A DNA stretch of 64,000 nt from Paraphysomonas bandaiensis (taxonomy: Eukaryota; Protista; Chrysophyceae): assembly GCA_965644295.1 (NCBI GenBank), contig CBFFRP010000180.1, forward strand, positions 1-64,000, in the 5' to 3' direction. The notes below the pieces were generated by a model. It had not been told where the DNA came from. It ran no database searches and saw only the letters and a program-made list of their open reading frames with translations. The position numbers and the translations under genes are program-made. Of the stretch, positions 62,413-64,000 are shown piece by piece; position 1 is the stretch's first letter, and each line of letters begins with the position of its first letter.

Positions 62413-62766
62413 TCAAAAATAATTATCCTCAATATCATCAGGTACAAATGCAGTAATTTGCAATTGTGAGAACTTTGAAAACTTATCTGTGTCTTTGACT
62501 TTATTTGCATAATACTCTTCTTCATCATCAACATTGAGGTCACTATAAAATCCTTTGAGTGTGCTCCATCTGGTTGCGTTTAAAGCGCGCACCATAAATA
62601 TTTTATTCGGATCTGCATTTTTTAATCCTTGTACAATATCGCGTATATCTTGAGCAGAGATATCATTCTTTTTGTCATTTCTGTACAATTGTATTGTTCG
62701 TTCTTTTCCGTGCTTCACAGTTTTCTCTTTGATAATCTTTTTAGTATAAACAGACTTTTTTACCAT
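62413..62766 (-). CDS. Viral hypothetical protein in the replication block
   Basis: 117-aa ORF with a TATATA-ATG leader. Confidence 0.75.
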   Translation of the reverse strand: MVKKSVYTKKIIKEKTVKHGKERTIQLYRNDKKNDISAQDIRDIVQGLKNADPNKIFMVRALNATRWSTLKGFYSDLNVDDEEEYYANKVKDTDKFSKFSQLQITAFVPDDIEDNYF

Positions 62767-62808
62767 TATATATAACTAAACTATATATAATAATTTTTTA
62801 AGTAGTTT

Positions 62809-64000
62809 TTAATTTAGTAAATCAATAATTTCATTTAATTCTTCTTTCTCAATTTTTTGTTGTTTAAATATATTTGTTTTAAATGTTTCAGGTATGGGTT
62901 CATTGTCATAGTCAGAATCATATTCAAAAGTAACTTTCTTAACTTTGACCATCTTAGATTTTTTTAGTTTGACCTCTTCTGGTTCTCTTAATCTATACAA
63001 TTCATCTTGAAGCTCTTTTATTTTTTCTTGTAATTTCATATAGTCTTCTGCTCTAACATACTGCGCTTTGTCATCTGATTTAATGTATTTTGGAATAGGT
63101 TCATTTACTTCTTCAACACCGTCGGTTAGTGTATAATACTTCTCTGAGATCAAATAATTTTCTAATTCTTTAATATTGCATCGGTACGATCTTCCTTTTT
63201 TAGTATTTATTTTTTTTACGACTTCGTGCTGTTTCATTTCTAGTCCAAACTTTGTAATATTAGTTTTGTATTCAAAGCCATTTTGTTTTAAAAACAAACA
63301 ATATCTATTATAGAAGTCTGTTGCGCTTGCTTTCAACTCTTCTGTTTTGTCTAATTCTTCTTGCATGACATTAACTAAAAATTGCGCTGTAATGGGAATG
63401 TTTCTCTCTTGTAAGTCATTATAGTAAGACGTTATAGGTCTCTCTTTTTGAAATGACTTTACTTTAATTTTTCTATTCAATAAGTAATCATAAAATGCTC
63501 TGTCATATATTCCGCTGTTTATTTCGTCATGTAAATTGTTAAAATATTCTTCTGAATGCTTTTTCGATGGAATTTTTCTAGCAGTAAAACGCCTATCGTT
63601 ATGTTCTATTTTAATGCTGTCAAAGTTGTTAGTTAAAACTACCCAATTTATATGATTTCTCTCGTGCCTTGTTTTTTCTTTCTTTATTCTAATTGAATTT
63701 ATATCTCTTGTAATTGCGTTTTTAATTGCCTCAATTATTTCATCCGTCTTTGCTCTTTTACTTTCATTTAGTACGATTAAGCATTTGTGTGATATATCTT
63801 CATTAAAGTTTCCACCAATCAACATATCAATATGATCCTCATTTAAATAGTATTCTGGTCCCAATATTTTAATACCAAAATGATTTAACCCTGTATCTTT
63901 ACCATCTCCTGGTTTAGATTGTAGTGACATTGAAACATCTGTTTTATTACCTGTCTGTACTATATAAGCAAAATAATCCATTGCATAGTCAAACATTTCA
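62809..64000 (-). CDS. SF3/D5-like helicase (DUF5906 type); N-terminus outside the window
   Basis: Walker A KPGDGKD, Walker B IVLNE, motif C LTNN, DRRF, and a C-terminal winged helix. Confidence 0.9.
   Translation of the reverse strand, partial: EMFDYAMDYFAYIVQTGNKTDVSMSLQSKPGDGKDTGLNHFGIKILGPEYYLNEDHIDMLIGGNFNEDISHKCLIVLNESKRAKTDEIIEAIKNAITRDINSIRIKKEKTRHERNHINWVVLTNNFDSIKIEHNDRRFTARKIPSKKHSEEYFNNLHDEINSGIYDRAFYDYLLNRKIKVKSFQKERPITSYYNDLQERNIPITAQFLVNVMQEELDKTEELKASATDFYNRYCLFLKQNGFEYKTNITKFGLEMKQHEVVKKINTKKGRSYRCNIKELENYLISEKYYTLTDGVEEVNEPIPKYIKSDDKAQYVRAEDYMKLQEKIKELQDELYRLREPEEVKLKKSKMVKVKKVTFEYDSDYDNEPIPETFKTNIFKQQKIEKEELNEIIDLLN

Larger units (their letters stand above)
47848..64000. 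mobile_element. Endogenous Polinton-like/Maverick DNA virus; right end outside the window
   Basis: Abrupt switch to AT-rich, intronless, tightly packed ORFs; AGTAGT terminus; capsid, penton, packaging ATPase, rve integrase, PolB and SF3 helicase genes. Confidence 0.95.

Noticed and set aside
47848-64000. Classification as a canonical virophage or a giant-virus fragment
   Set aside because: The capsid and penton look PLV-type, no adenain-like protease is seen in the window, and no NCLDV core transcription genes are present. The missing right part could change this.
1-64000. tRNA or rRNA genes
   Set aside because: None recognised by eye; a covariance-model scan would be needed to exclude them.

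Overview
Eukaryotic (protist) genomic DNA with GT-AG introns. A dynein docking-complex gene implies a flagellated host; a stramenopile is my inference. Bases 1-47,850 are host-like. They hold about seven host genes: a long coiled-coil protein, a WD40 protein, an ODA1/CCDC114-like docking-complex subunit, a LOTUS+RRM protein, a putative membrane protein, a Na+/K+-ATPase alpha subunit and a small DUF4787-like secreted protein. These are interspersed with nested mobile DNA: two Ty1/copia elements plus remnants and a solo LTR, a family of 26-bp-TIR elements carrying cargo, LINE 3' fragments set in a minisatellite, and a probable Crypton relic. From 47,848 (AGTAGT terminus) to the window end lies an AT-rich, intronless, gene-dense endogenous Polinton-like/Maverick virus whose right end is outside the window. 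It encodes a major capsid protein, a penton plus three extra penton-like domains, a fiber, an A32-type packaging ATPase, an rve integrase with chromodomain, a compact pPolB-like polymerase, an SF3/D5 helicase and a GIY-YIG nuclease. The most unusual signals in the virus are: a shared C-terminal D-[G/Y]-F-A tag on three unrelated proteins, an in-phase -1 slippery site that would add a membrane anchor, 11-mer amphipathic basic proteins (one missed by the ORF track), a 31-bp palindromic repeat array, an exonuclease-less polymerase, and a TTG in place of the capsid gene ATG. Family assignments are from motif recognition by eye; no searches were run.
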